The notes under the pieces are model-generated. The model saw only the letters and a program-made list of their open reading frames with translations. It searched no databases and had not been told where the DNA came from. From assembly GCF_018350175.1 (NCBI RefSeq), contig NC_058383.1, positions 9,426,001-9,490,000 of the forward strand: a DNA stretch of 64,000 nt, in the 5' to 3' direction. Shown one piece after another: positions 12,401 to 25,398 of the stretch; the first letter of the stretch is position 1; every line of letters starts with the position of its first letter. Source of the stretch: Felis catus (taxonomy: Eukaryota). A program made the translations under genes and the position numbers.

Positions 12401-15400
12401 CCATCTGGGCGTGGCTGTCCTGCTCAGTGGGAGGACAGGTGCTTGGGTCCCTGAAGGACCCAAGTCCTCCTCTCAGGAGGAACCTGGGATTAGTAATCTG
12501 TGTTGTGTGCAGGGATGTCCTGTTGCTGGAGGCTCTGCCCTGAGATGCCATCTAGATAACTCTTGACAAAAAATGCTGTGCAACCAGAGCTGTGGACAGC
12601 AAGGACTGCCACTATGACCTTGCTGGGTCTTTTCCAGACTGAGTTAGTCGTGTGTGGTGGTTAAGTTTTCCTAACCATTACCAAGCAGTGCCCTGCATTA
12701 CTGACAGAGGTTGACCTGGGCTCAGCTCTGCTGCTGCCTGGGGTCCAGAAAGACATTCCCTCCTCCTGTTGTCTGTGTGGTCCTGGGGTCCTCCTCCGTG
12801 CACTGGGGAAGCCATGTCCCTGGCTGTTGTCAGCTCAGTTGAGATGGTCAGAGCCCGTGGGCTTGGCAAAAAAAAAAAAAAAAAGTGTGGGCCACACTGG
12901 GGCAATATACTGCTTCCTGGGGCTTATGGTCCCAGCTGAGCTCACTGGGGCACCAAGACCAGAAGTGGGGAGTTAAGGGGTGAACCCTGAGCCACCCTGC
13001 TTGTCCTGGGCTTTCAAAGCTTTGGCACAAGGTTGTGTGGGATCCCAGAGCCAGCAAGTCCTTAAGAAATCTATTTCAGTTCCTTTAAACTGCTGACAGT
13101 AACTTTGTCCCTTAAAAGATCTTCAGAGAGGGGCGCCTGGGTGGCGCAGTCAGTTGAGCGTCCGACTTCAGCCAGGTCACGATCTCACGGTCCGTGAGTT
13201 CGAGCCCCGCGTCAGGCTCTGGGCTGATGGCTCAGAGCCTGGAGCCTGTTTCCGATTCTGTGTCTCCCTCTCTCTCTGCCCCTCCCCCGTTCATGCTCTG
13301 TCTCTCTCTGTCCCAAAAATAAATAAACGTTGAAAAAAAAAAAAGATCTTCAGAGAAAAACAAAACAAAATAAAACAAAACCCAACTCCTGAGGCACCAT
13401 AATGGCTACTATTGGCAGAGTGTCAGGTCGTTGTGAATACTTCTTGCATAATGAAACCACAAGGACCCCGCAGATTGTTATTATCCCTGTTTTGCAGGAG
13501 GCTTCTAGAGGCTGAGTAATTTGCCCAAGGCTCCATAGCTGTAAGTGGCAAAGCTGGAATCCAAAACCACCACACGGCACAGTTTGAGAATCTGGGCTTT
13601 ACACAGAGCCCAAGGTGGTGGGAAGAGCATTGGCCTTGCACCCTGAAGAATGGGGCTGTGGGCTGGCTGCTGCCTCTTACCAAGAGTGACCTGGCCACAT
13701 ACCTTCATCCTTCGATCTCACTGGTGTTTTCTGTGAGTCCAAGCAGATGCTTTGTGGGCTGAAAGGGGTTGTGAGCAGTGAGTGTGGGGGACTGTGATTA
13801 TAGTTTGTCCTCAGGGGCCCCATCTGACCTGATCAGGACTTAGTAAACCTTACAACTGCATAGCTCTGCCCCAGGTACCACTGTTGTTGTTATTGTTGTT
13901 TTAAATGGCAAAGTACAGATAACATGAAATTTACCATTCTGTCATTTGTAAGCATGCAGTTCAGCAGCGTTAAGTACATTCACACTATTGTGCAGCCGAT
14001 CTCCAGAACTCTTTTCATCTTGCAAAACTAAAGCTCTATACCCGTTAAGTAGCAATTCCACATTCTCCTCTCCGCCCAGCCTCTGGCAACCACCATTCTC
14101 CTTTCTGTGTCTATGAATTTGACTCCTTCAGGTACCTCATATAAGTGGAATCATACAGTATTTGTCCTTTTGTGAGTGGCTTATTTCACTTCACATAATA
14201 TCCTTAAGGTTCATCTATGTTGTAGCATGTGCCAGAATTTCCTTGCTTTTTAAGGCTGAATGATATTCTGTTGTATGTAGTATTCACCAGTGAGCCCATC
14301 AGGGCCTGGTACTTTCTGTTTTGGAAGATAAGTTTTTAATCCAATTTCTTTAATAGATAAAGGCCTATTCAGATTGTGTGATTTTGTGTGAGTCTTGGCA
14401 GATTGTGTCTTTCAAGGAATTGGTCTGTTTTATCTAGATGCTATGTGGACATGATGTTGTTCATAGTATTCCTTTAGTCTCCTTTTAATGTCCATGGGCT
14501 CTGTAGTGATGTCCCTTTTTCATTTCTGATATTAATGAATTGTATCTTCCCTCCTTTTCTTAGTCTTGCTAGAAGCTGATCAATTTTGCTGATTTTTTCC
14601 CCCAAAGAACCAGCTTTTGATTTCATTGATTTTTTTTTTCTGTTGATTTTCTGTTTTCAATTTCATTGATTTTGGCTTTAATTTTTTTCTACTTACTTTG
14701 GGTTTAATTTACTCTTCTTGGTTTCCTAAGAAGGAAAACTTAGAGGATTGATTTAGATGAACATTCATCTTGTGAATGTTCCATTTGATCTTGAGAAGAA
14801 TGTATATGCTGTTGTTGGATGGAATATTCTATAGGTGTCAGTTATATCTAGTTAATTAATGGTGCTGTTGAGTTCAACCATGACCTTATTGATTTTCTGC
14901 CTGCCATATCTGTCCATTACTGATAGAAAAGTGATGAATTCTCTAGAACAGTGGATTCATCTATTTCTCCTTGCCTCACATATATTGATGTTGTTAGGTA
15001 CATGCCACTGTATGTATGTATATACGTATTTTGTTTATCCCTTCATCTGTTGATGGACCTTTGGGTTACTTCTACCTTTTGTTTATTTTTTGAATAATGC
15101 TACTGTGACTGTGGGTGTGTGAATATCTTTGAGATCCTGCTTTCAGTTCTTTTTTTCCTGTTTTATTCTTTGTGAAGATATAATTAATATATAACATCAG
15201 TTTCAGGTATATAACAATTGTTCAGTGTTATGTACATACTACAAAATGATCACAATAAGTCTTGTTAACATCCATCACCACATATAGGTACAAATTTTTT
15301 TCTTGTAAGGAGACCTTTTAAGATCTACTCTCTTAGTAACTGTAAATTATACAGTACAGCATTAACTATAGTTACCATACTGTGTATATCCCTATGACTT

Positions 15401-18400
15401 ATTTTGTAACTGGAAGTTTGTACCTTTTGACCACTTTCCCCATTTTGCTCACCTCTGGCCCCTACCTCTGGCAACCCTCAGTCTATTCCCTGTGTCTGAG
15501 TTCAGCTTTTGTGTGTTTTTGTTTTGTTTTTTTAGGTTCCATATAAGTGAGATCATATGGTATTTGTCTTTCTTTGTCTGACTTCACTTAGAATAATGCC
15601 TTCAAGGTCCATCCATGTTGTTGCAGATAGCTGGATTCCTTCCTTTTTAATGGTTGAATAATATTCCATTGTGTGTTCCATTCTGTTCCATGTTGTCTTT
15701 ATCCATTCAGCCATCAGTGGCCACTATGGTTGTTTCATGTCTTGGCTATTGTAAATAATGCTGCAGTGAAGATGAGGTACAGATACCTTTTTGGGCTAGT
15801 GTTTGTATTTCCTTTTTTTTAATGTTTATTTTTATTCTTGCGAGAGTGCACATGTGCAAGCAGGGGAGAGGCAGAGAGAGAGGGGGACAGAGGATCCAAA
15901 GCGGGCTTCGTGCTGACAGCAGAGAGCCCTATGTGGGGCTCAAACTCACAAACTGTGAGATCATGACCTGAGCTGAAGTCAGATGCTTAACTGACTGAGC
16001 CACCTAGGCGCCCTGTGTTTTTGTTTCCTTTCTATAAATACCCAGAAATGGAATTTCTGGATCATATGGTAATTCTTTTCTTTTTATTTTATTGTTGTTT
16101 TTGTTATTTTAGAGAGAGAGAGTGCATGTGAGTAGGGGAGACAGGCAGAGGGAGAGAGAGAATCTCAAGCAGGCTCCATTCCATGCTCAGTGTGGAGCCT
16201 AGGATTGTGACCAGAGCTGAAATCAAGAGTTGGATGCTCAATAGACTGAACCACCCAGGTGCCCCATATTCCTAATTTTTATGAATCTCCATATTATTTC
16301 CATAGTGACTGTACCAATTTACAGTTCTATTAGTGCATCGAGGTTCCCTTTTCTCCACATCCTTGTTTGCACTTGTTATTTTTTTTTTTATTTTTTTTTA
16401 TTTTTTTAAATATATGAAATTAATTGTCAAATTGGTTTCCATACAACACCCAGTGCTCATCCCAAAAGGTGCCCTCCTCAATACCCATCACCCACCCTCT
16501 CCTCCCTCCCACCCCCCATCAACCCTCAGTTTGTTCTCAGTTTTTAACAGTCTCTTATGCTTTGGCTCTCTCCCACTCTAACCTCTTTTTTTTTTTTCCT
16601 TCCCCTCCCTCATGGGTTCCTGTTAAGTTTCTCAGGATCCACATAAGAGTGAAACCATATGGTATCTGTCTTTCTCTGTATGGCTTATTTCACTTAGCAT
16701 CACACTCTCCAGTTCCATCCACATTGCTACAAAAGGCCATATTTCATTTTTTCTCATTGCCACGTAATACTCCATTGTGTATATAAACCACAATTTCTTT
16801 ATCCATTCATCAGTTGATGGACATTTAGGCTCTTTCCATAATTTGGCTATTGTTCAGAGTGCTGCTATGAACATTGGGGTACAAGGGCCCCTATGCATCA
16901 GCACTCCTGTATCCCTTGGATAAATTCCTAGCAGTGCTATTGCTGGGTCATAGGGTAGGTCTATTTTTAATTTTCTGAGGAACCTCTACACTGCTTTCCA
17001 GAGCGGCTGCACCAATTTGCATTCCCACCAACAGTGCAAGAGGGTTCCCGTTTCTCCACATCCTCTCCAGCATCTATAGTCTCCTGATTTGTTCATTTTG
17101 GCCACTCTGACTGGCGTGAGGTGATACCTGAGTGTGGTTTTGATTTGTATTTTCCTGATAAGGAGCGACGCTGAACATCTTTTCATTGCACTTGTTATTT
17201 CTTACATTTTTTTTGGTAATAGCCATTCTGTGATTTGTTACCTCATTGTGATTTTGATTTGCACTTCCCTGATGATCAGTGATGTTGAGCATCTTCTCTT
17301 GTACCCATTGGCCATCTGTATGTCTTCTTGGGGAAAAGACATCCAGATCTTCTGCTCTTTTTAAAATCAGATTTTTTTCTGTTACATTGCAAAAGTTATT
17401 TATATATTTTGGATATTAACCTCTTATTAGATATATGATTTACAGATCTCTTCTCCCATTCAGTAGGTTGCTTTTTCATTTGGTTGATGGTTTCCTTTGT
17501 TGTGCAAAAGCTTTTTAGTTTGATGTAGTTGTTTGTTTTTGTTCTTGTTGCCTTTGCTTTTGGTATCAAATCCAAAATATCATCACCAGGACTGATGTCA
17601 GGGAGCTTACCAGATATGTCTTCTTCTAGGATCATTATGATTTGGGGTCTTACATTCAAGCCTTTAATTTTTTTTGAGTTGATTTTTGTGTATGGAGGAA
17701 GACATGTTCCAGTTTCACTATTTTGCATGTGGCTGTCTAGCTTTCCAATGCCATTTACTGAAGATTGTCCTTTACCCATTGTATATTCTTGTCTCCTTTG
17801 TCATAAATTAATTGAAGATTTATACATGTTGGTTTATTTCTGGACTATTTTGTTCCATTGACTTATGTGTGTATTTTTATGTCCATGCCATACTGCCTTG
17901 AATATGATAGCTTTGTAATATAGTTTGAAATCAGGATGTCATGCCTCCCGCTTTGTTCTTCTTTCTTCAGATTGCTTTAGCTATCTGAGGGTCTGTTATG
18001 ATTCCATACAAATTTTAAGATTGGTTGTTCTATTTCCGTGAAAAATTCCATTGGAATTTTGTCAGGGATTGTGTTGAATCTGTAGATTGCTTTGGGTACT
18101 TGGGATGTTTTAACAATGTTAATTCTTCCAATCCATGAGCCTGGAATATCTATTTATTTGTATCCTCTTCAGTTTCTTTTATTCATGTCTTACAGTTTTC
18201 AGTGTATACATTTTTAGCTCCTTGGTTAAATTTATCCCTAGGGATTTTATTCTTTTTGGTGTAATTATAAATGGGATTGTTCTCTTAATTTCTCTTTCTG
18301 ATAGTTCATTATTTGTGCACATGATTTTTGTGTATTGATTTTGTATCCTGCAACTTTACCAAATTTATTATTCCTGATGTTTTTTTGATGGATTCTTTAG

Positions 18401-20364
18401 GGCTTTCCAAATATATTACCATTTGTAAAGAGTTTTACTTCCTTTCCAATTTGGATGCGTTTTATTTCTTGCCTAATTGCTCCTGCTTGCAATTCTATGT
18501 TGAATAAATATGGCAAGAGTGGGCATCTTTCTCTTGTTCCTGATCTTAAAGGAGAAGCTATTCAGCTTTTCACCATTGAGTATGATGATGGGCTTGTCAT
18601 ATATTGCTTTCATTACGTTGCAGTGTATTGTATTCCCTCTCTACCCACGTTTTGGAGAATTTTTATAACTGGATGTTGATTTTTGTTAAATTCTTTTTCT
18701 GCCTCTGTTGAGATAATCATACAATTTTTATCCTTCATTTTGTTATGATGGTATATTCCATTGACTGGTTTGCAAAGGTTAAACCATCTTTGCATCCGTG
18801 AAGTCAATCCCGCTTGATCCTGGTATATAATTCTTTTAATGTATTGTTGAATTTGACTTGCTAAGATCTTGTTCAGGATTTTTGCATCTATGTTAATCAG
18901 GGATATTGGCCTGTAATTTTCTTTTCTTGTTGTGTCTTTGTCTGGTTTGGCATCAGGGTAATGCTGGCCTTGTAAAATGAATTTGGGAGTGTTCCTCCTC
19001 TTCTGTTTTTGGGAAGTGTTTAATAAGGAAGTGTTTAATAATGTTTGGTCCAATTCATCAGTGAAGTTATCTGATCCTGTATTTTTGTTTCTTGGGGGGT
19101 TTTGATTATGGCTTCAATCTCGTTACTAATAATTGGTCTGTTCAGATTTTCTGTTTCTCCATAATTCAGTCTTGGTAGGTTGTAAATTCCAGGAATCTAT
19201 CCATTTTTTCCATTTTGTTCAATATGTTGGTGTATAATTGTTCACAGTAATCTCTTATCCTTTGCATTTCTTTGGTATCAGTTGTAACATTTCCACTTTC
19301 ATTTCTGATATTATTTGAGCCCTTTATTTTCTTGGTGAGTCTAGCTAAAAGTTTGTCTATTTTGTTTATCTTAAAAAAAACCCCATCTCTTAGTTTCATT
19401 GATCTTTTCTGTTGTCTTTTTAGTCTCTATTTCCACTTTGATCTTGGTTATTTCCCACTTCCTAGTAATTTTGGGCTTAGTTTGTTGTTCTTCTAGTTGC
19501 ACGAGGTGTTTTTGTTTCTTAATGTAGGCATTTATTGCTATGAATGTCCTTCTTAGAACTGCTTTTGCTGCAGCCCATAAATGTTGATATGTTGTATTTT
19601 CATTTTCATTTGTTTCAAGACATTTTTTAAAGATTTTATTTTTAAGCAGTCTCTACACCCAACGTGGGGCTTGAACCCACAACCCTGAGATTGTCACATG
19701 CTCCACTGACTGAGCCAGCCAGGTGCCCTCAATATATTTTTGATATTTCTTTTGATTTCTTCATTGATCCATTGTTTGTTTAGTAACATGTTGCTTAATC
19801 TCCATGTGTATGTGTACTTTCCAGTTTTCTTGTAATTGATTTCTAGTTTCATACCATTGTGGTCATAAAAGATGCTTGATAATATCTCAGTCTTCTTAAA
19901 TGTATTATTTGTTTTGTGGCATAACATATGATCTGTCCTGGAGGATGTTTCATGTGCACTTGAGAAGAATGTGTATTCTACTTTGGGAGGGAATGTTCTG
20001 TAAATGTCTGTTAGGTCCATCTGGCTTAATGTGTACTTCAAGTCCAATGTTTTATTATTGATTTTATGTCTGGATGACCTGTTAATGCAAGTGGGGGTAT
20101 TAAAGTCCCCTATTATTGTTATATTGCTGTCTATATCTCTCTTTAGGTCTGTTAATATTTGCTTTATAGATTTAGGTTCTTCTATGTTGGGTGCATAAAT
20201 ATGTACAAATTTTACATCCTCTTGTTGGATTGAGCCTTTTATCATTATATAGTGACCTTTGTTTCTTATCATAGTCTTTGTCTTAAGGTCTGTTTTGTCT
20301 GATATAGCAGCTTCAGCTTTCTTCTGGTTTCCATTTGCCTGGAGTATCTCTTGCCTCCCTTCAC

Positions 20365-20416
<52 letters not shown>

Positions 20417-23400
20417 CGCGTGTGTGTGTGTCTCCTTAACATCTGAAGTGAGTGTCTTAGGCAGCATATAGATGAGTCTTCTCTTTTTTTTTAATCCATT
20501 TTGCCACTCTGTGTCTTTCGATGGGAGAAGTTAGTCTGTTTACATTTAAGGTAATTATTGATAGGTTTGGAATTACTGCCATTTTAACTGTTTTTGGGGG
20601 GGGGCTGTTTTATAATTCCTTTTTTTCCTTTTCTTGCTCTCTTCCTTTGGATTTAGGATTTTCTGTAGTGGTTTGCTTATTCCTTTCTCTTTCTCTTTTG
20701 TGTATCTATTACAGATTTTTGCTTTGTGGTTACCATCAGACTTACATAAAACAACTGTTTTCAGTTGATAACAAGTTTGAACGCAGTCTAAAACTCTACA
20801 TTTTTACTACCCCTCCCAATGTTTTATGTTTTTGATATCCTAATTTACATATTTTTGTCTTAGTTATTTGTAGTATTTTTGTCTTTTAACCTTCACACTA
20901 GATTTATAAGTGAACCTACCACCTTTACATTAGATTATTTTGAATTTTACTCTACCAGTGATTCTTATACTTGCCTTTTTCCTATTACTAATTAGTGCCA
21001 TTTCATTTCAGCTTTAAGTCCCTGTAACACTTCTTGTAAAACTGGTCTGGAGGTGATGAACTCCTTCAACTCTTGATTGCCTGGAAAACTCTTTATTTCT
21101 CCTTCAATTCTAAAGGACAGCTATGCTGTGTAGAGCAGTCTTGGTTGGCAGTTTTTTTTTCAGCTTTGAATATATCATGTCACTTCTTTCTGGCTTGCTA
21201 CGTTTCTGCTGGAAAACTGCTGAGAGTCTAATGGGGCTTCCTTGTGTGTACCAAGTTGTTTTTCCTTTGCTGCTTTTAACATTCCCTCGTTGTCTTTAAC
21301 TTTTGATTAACTAATTGTGATATGTCTTGGTGTGGATCTTTGGGTTCCTCTCTTTTAGAATTCTCTGGGCTCTGGGTATCTGTTTCCTTTTCCAGGTTAG
21401 AGAAGTTTTCGGTGTTATTTCCTCAAATAAGTTTTCTGTCCCTTTCTCTTTCTTCTCCTTCTGGGACCCCTGTACTGCGAACATTGATCTTCTTGATATT
21501 GCCCATAAGTCCCTTAAGGTATTCTTGTTTTTCTTTTCTTCTCCTTCTCCTCTTCCTCTTTCTCCTCCTCTTCCTTCCCCTCCTCCTCCTCCTCCTCCTC
21601 CTCCTCCTCCTCCTCCTCCTTCTCTTCTGCCTTCTTCTTTTCTATCTCCTCCTTCTTCTCCTTCCCCTCCTCTTCCTCCTTCTCCTCTTCTTCCTCCCCC
21701 TTCTCTTTCTCCTCTTCCTCCTCCTCCTCCTCCTTCTTTTCCTTCTCCCCCTCCTCCTCCTACTCCTCCTCCTCCCCCACTTCTTCCTCCTCCTTGTCCT
21801 TCTTCTCCTCCTTGTCCTTCTTCTCCTCATCATTCCTTTTCTCCTTCTCCTTCTCCTTCTCCTTCTCCTTCGCCTTCGCCTTCGCCTTCGCCTTCGCCTT
21901 CTTCTGTTGCTGCTTTGATTGGATGCACTCCACTGCACTGTCTTTGAGTCCACAGATCCTTTCTTCCACTTCATGTAGTCTGCAGTTGAATCCTGTAGTT
22001 GTACTTTTTCAGTTTAGTTACTGTATCCCGCAGCTCCGTGATTTCTGTTTGGTACTTTCTTATGTTTTCTGTCTCTTAGCTGGAATTCCCACCAAGGGGG
22101 TTCAGGAGAACCTCGGTGAGCGTCTTTATGACATCAACTCTTGATCAGGTGAATCACTTATCCCCATTTCATGAGGATGTTTTTGTGAGGTTTTATCTTG
22201 TTTTGTGAGATTTATCTTGTGAGCAAATATTTTCATGTGCTTATTGACAATTCATGTATCTTCTCTGGGAAAATGTCTATTCGAGTTTTTTGCTTATGTT
22301 TCAATTGGGGTGTTTTTTTTTGTTGTTGTTCAGTTTTAGGAGCGCTTTCTATATTCTTCATATTAGCACCTGGATATCAATCATTTGGAATGTATTCCTC
22401 TGTTTGTTTTTTTCATTTTCCTTGACTCTGTTGGTTTCTATGCAGTGGGGAAAACAGCCACCTCTCCCAGTCTTGAAGGAATGGCCTGGTGTAGGAAATG
22501 AACCTTATTGTTCAACCCTTCCCTATTTCTTGGTTGTCTCTCACACCTTTTTGATTGTCAAAGCAGCTTGCTTTGTTCTTAGTGGCTCCCCATAGTTGAG
22601 GGTGTGCCAAGACCTGTCAGGGGTCCAGGGGAGGATCTTAGTCTGCATCTAGATTCGGGCTGATTGGAAGCCTGACCTTCAGGCAGCAGCTTAAACAGTA
22701 TGCAAATATACCCGTTTCAGGGGAAGATGGGAACATAGGCATTTCTGTCTGCTCCTTTTATGCTGAGCCACTGGGATGATAGCCAGGTAAGAACTATTTC
22801 TTTGTTTGCTACTGTCCTGTTGAACCCATAAACACAAGCCCCACTGGCCACCTGCTTTTGGTTATTTTGGGTGTACACCCAGAGTGGAATGGCTGGATCG
22901 TATGGTAATTCTATTTTTACTTTTTTGAGTAATCGCTGTACTGTTTTCCACAGCGGCTGCACCATTTTACATTCCCACCAATGCTGTGCCAGGTTTCCAG
23001 ATTCTCCACATCCTCACTAACACTTCCTATTTTCTGTTGTTGTTGTTGTTGTTTAAATAGTAGCCATCCTAATGGGTGTAAGGTGATATCTCGTTGCAGT
23101 TTTTTTCTTTTTATTGTGTTAAAATACACATAATGTAACACTTATCATCTTAACCATTTATTTACTTATGTGCATCTTAACCATTTTGAAAAAGTGTACA
23201 GTCCAGTGGTATTAAATACTTTCTAGGGGCATCTGGGTGGCTTGGTTGGTTGAGTGTCCAACTCTTGATTTTGGCTCAGGTCATGATCCCAAGGTCATGG
23301 GATTGAGCCCTGTGTTGGGCTCTGTGCTAAGGGTGGAGACTGCTTATGATTCTCTCTCCCTCTGCCCCTCTTCCCCACCTGGGCTCGCTCTCTCTCGCTC

Positions 23401-25340
23401 TCGCTCTCTCTCTCTCTCTCAAATAAAATTTTTTTAAATCTTTAAATACTTTCTAGTGTTGTACAGCCATTACCATCATCCATCCCCATAACTGTTTTTA
23501 TCTTGTAAAGCTGAAACTCTTTTAAGCTCTATTAGACAGTAATTCCCCATTCTCCCCTCCCCCCAAGCCCGGCAACCATCATTCTATTTCCTGTCTCTAT
23601 GACTTTAACTCTGCTAGTTACCTCATATCAGTAGATCACACAGTATTTTTTCTTTTGTTGACTGGCTTATTTTACTTCTCACGATGTCCTCAAGGTTCAT
23701 CCATGTTGTAGCGTGTCAGAATTTCCTTCTTTAAAAACACTTTTTTTAATGTTTATTTGTTTTTGAGGGAGAGAGGCAGAGAATGAGCAGGGAAGGGACA
23801 GAGAGAGAAGGGGAGACACAGACACGGAATCCGAAGCAGGCTCCAGGCTCTGAGCTGTCAGCACAGAGCCTGACGCAGGGCTCAAACCTACAAACTGCGA
23901 GATCATGACCTGAGCCGAAGTCGGACGCCCAACCGACTGAGCCACCGAGGTGCCCCAAGAATTTCCTTCTTTTTAAAGATAGAATAACATTCCATTGTGT
24001 ATATATGCCACATTTTGTTTTCCCATTCATCCGTTGATGGACACTTGGGTTGCCTCCGTGTTTGAGGTATTGTGAATAATGATGCTACGAATATGGGTGT
24101 ACAAATATCTCTTTCAAGACCCTGTTTTCAATTCTTTGGGGTGTATAGCTGGATCATATGGTATCTCTGTTTTTAATTTTTTGAGGAATCTCCATACTGT
24201 TTTTCCACCATGGCTGTACCATTTTACATTCCCACCAATAGTACACGAGGATTCCCTTTTCTCCACATCCTCACCAGTGCTTGTTGTTGTTTTTTGTTGT
24301 TTTTCTTTTAATATTATAACCATCTTAATAGGAGTGAGGCATTATCTTACTATAGTTTTGATTTGCATTTCCCTAATGATTGGTGATGGCGAGCAAGTGT
24401 TTTCATGTGCTAATTGACCATTCACGTATCTTCTTTGGAAAATGTCTATTCAAGTTTTTTGCTTACGTTTCAATTGGGCTGTTTGGTTTTTTGTTGAGTT
24501 TTAGGAGTTCTTTCTATATTGTTCATATTAGCACCTGGATATCAATCAGATATAACCCTCGAAAATGTTCCCTCCCAAACTGTGGCTTGCCTTTTCACTC
24601 TGCTCATTGTGTCTTTTGATGCACGGAAGTTTTGTTTTGTTTGTTTGTTTGTTTGTTTTTGATTTGTCCAATTTGTCCATTTTAATCCCCTGTACTTTTG
24701 GTATCCTATCCAAGAAATCATTGCCAAATCCAGTGTTACGAAATTTTTCTCCTATGTTTTCTTCTAAGATTTTTGTAGTGTAAGCTCTCACACTTAGGTC
24801 TTCAATTGTTTTTGAGTTAATTTTTGTATATGATGTAAGGTTAAGTGTTCAACTTGACTCTTTTGCATGTGGGTATCCAGTTTTCCCAGCACCCCTTGCG
24901 CTTTCTCCATTGAATGGTTTTGGCACCCTCCTTGAAACCATTTGGCCACGTATACAAGAGCTTATTTCTGGGCTGTCTGTCCTATTCCTTTGGCTTAAAT
25001 GTCTATCTTTATCCCACTACTACGCTGTTTTTGATTACTATAGTTTTGTAATAGCTTCAGAGATTTGAAATCAGGGAATATGAGAATTCCAGTGCTGTTC
25101 TCTTTCTTTCAAGACTGTTTTGGCTATGTGGGGGGTCCCTTGAGATTCTATAAGAATTATAGGATGGGCTTTTCAATTTCTGCATGAAATGCTGTTGGGA
25201 TTTGGTAGAGATTGTATTAAATCTATACATCACTTTGGGTAGTACTGACATCCTAACAGTATCAAGGCTTCCTGTCCATGTGAACGGGCTGTCTTTCCAT
25301 TTATTTGTGTCTTTCCATTTTTTTTTAATGTTTATTTATT

Positions 25341-25398
<58 letters not shown>

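Larger units (their letters stand above)
15150..22850 (-). mobile_element. Near full-length decayed L1 with nested insertions
   Basis: Collinear 3'UTR, ORF2 remnants ([24 protein letters not shown] in 18613-19053; endonuclease: [26 protein letters not shown] in 19694-20467), and ORF1/5' region. Degenerate TSD cctgctttcagtt / cctgcttttggtt. Confidence 0.85.

Noticed and set aside
18613..20467. Reverse transcriptase and endonuclease ORFs as an active or novel RT system
   Set aside because: They are frameshifted, SINE-interrupted fragments of ordinary L1 ORF2.
21322..22144. Long poly-Leu, poly-Pro, poly-Arg and Glu/Lys ORFs
   Set aside because: They are translations of the (CCT)n/(CCTTCT)n tract inside a dead L1.
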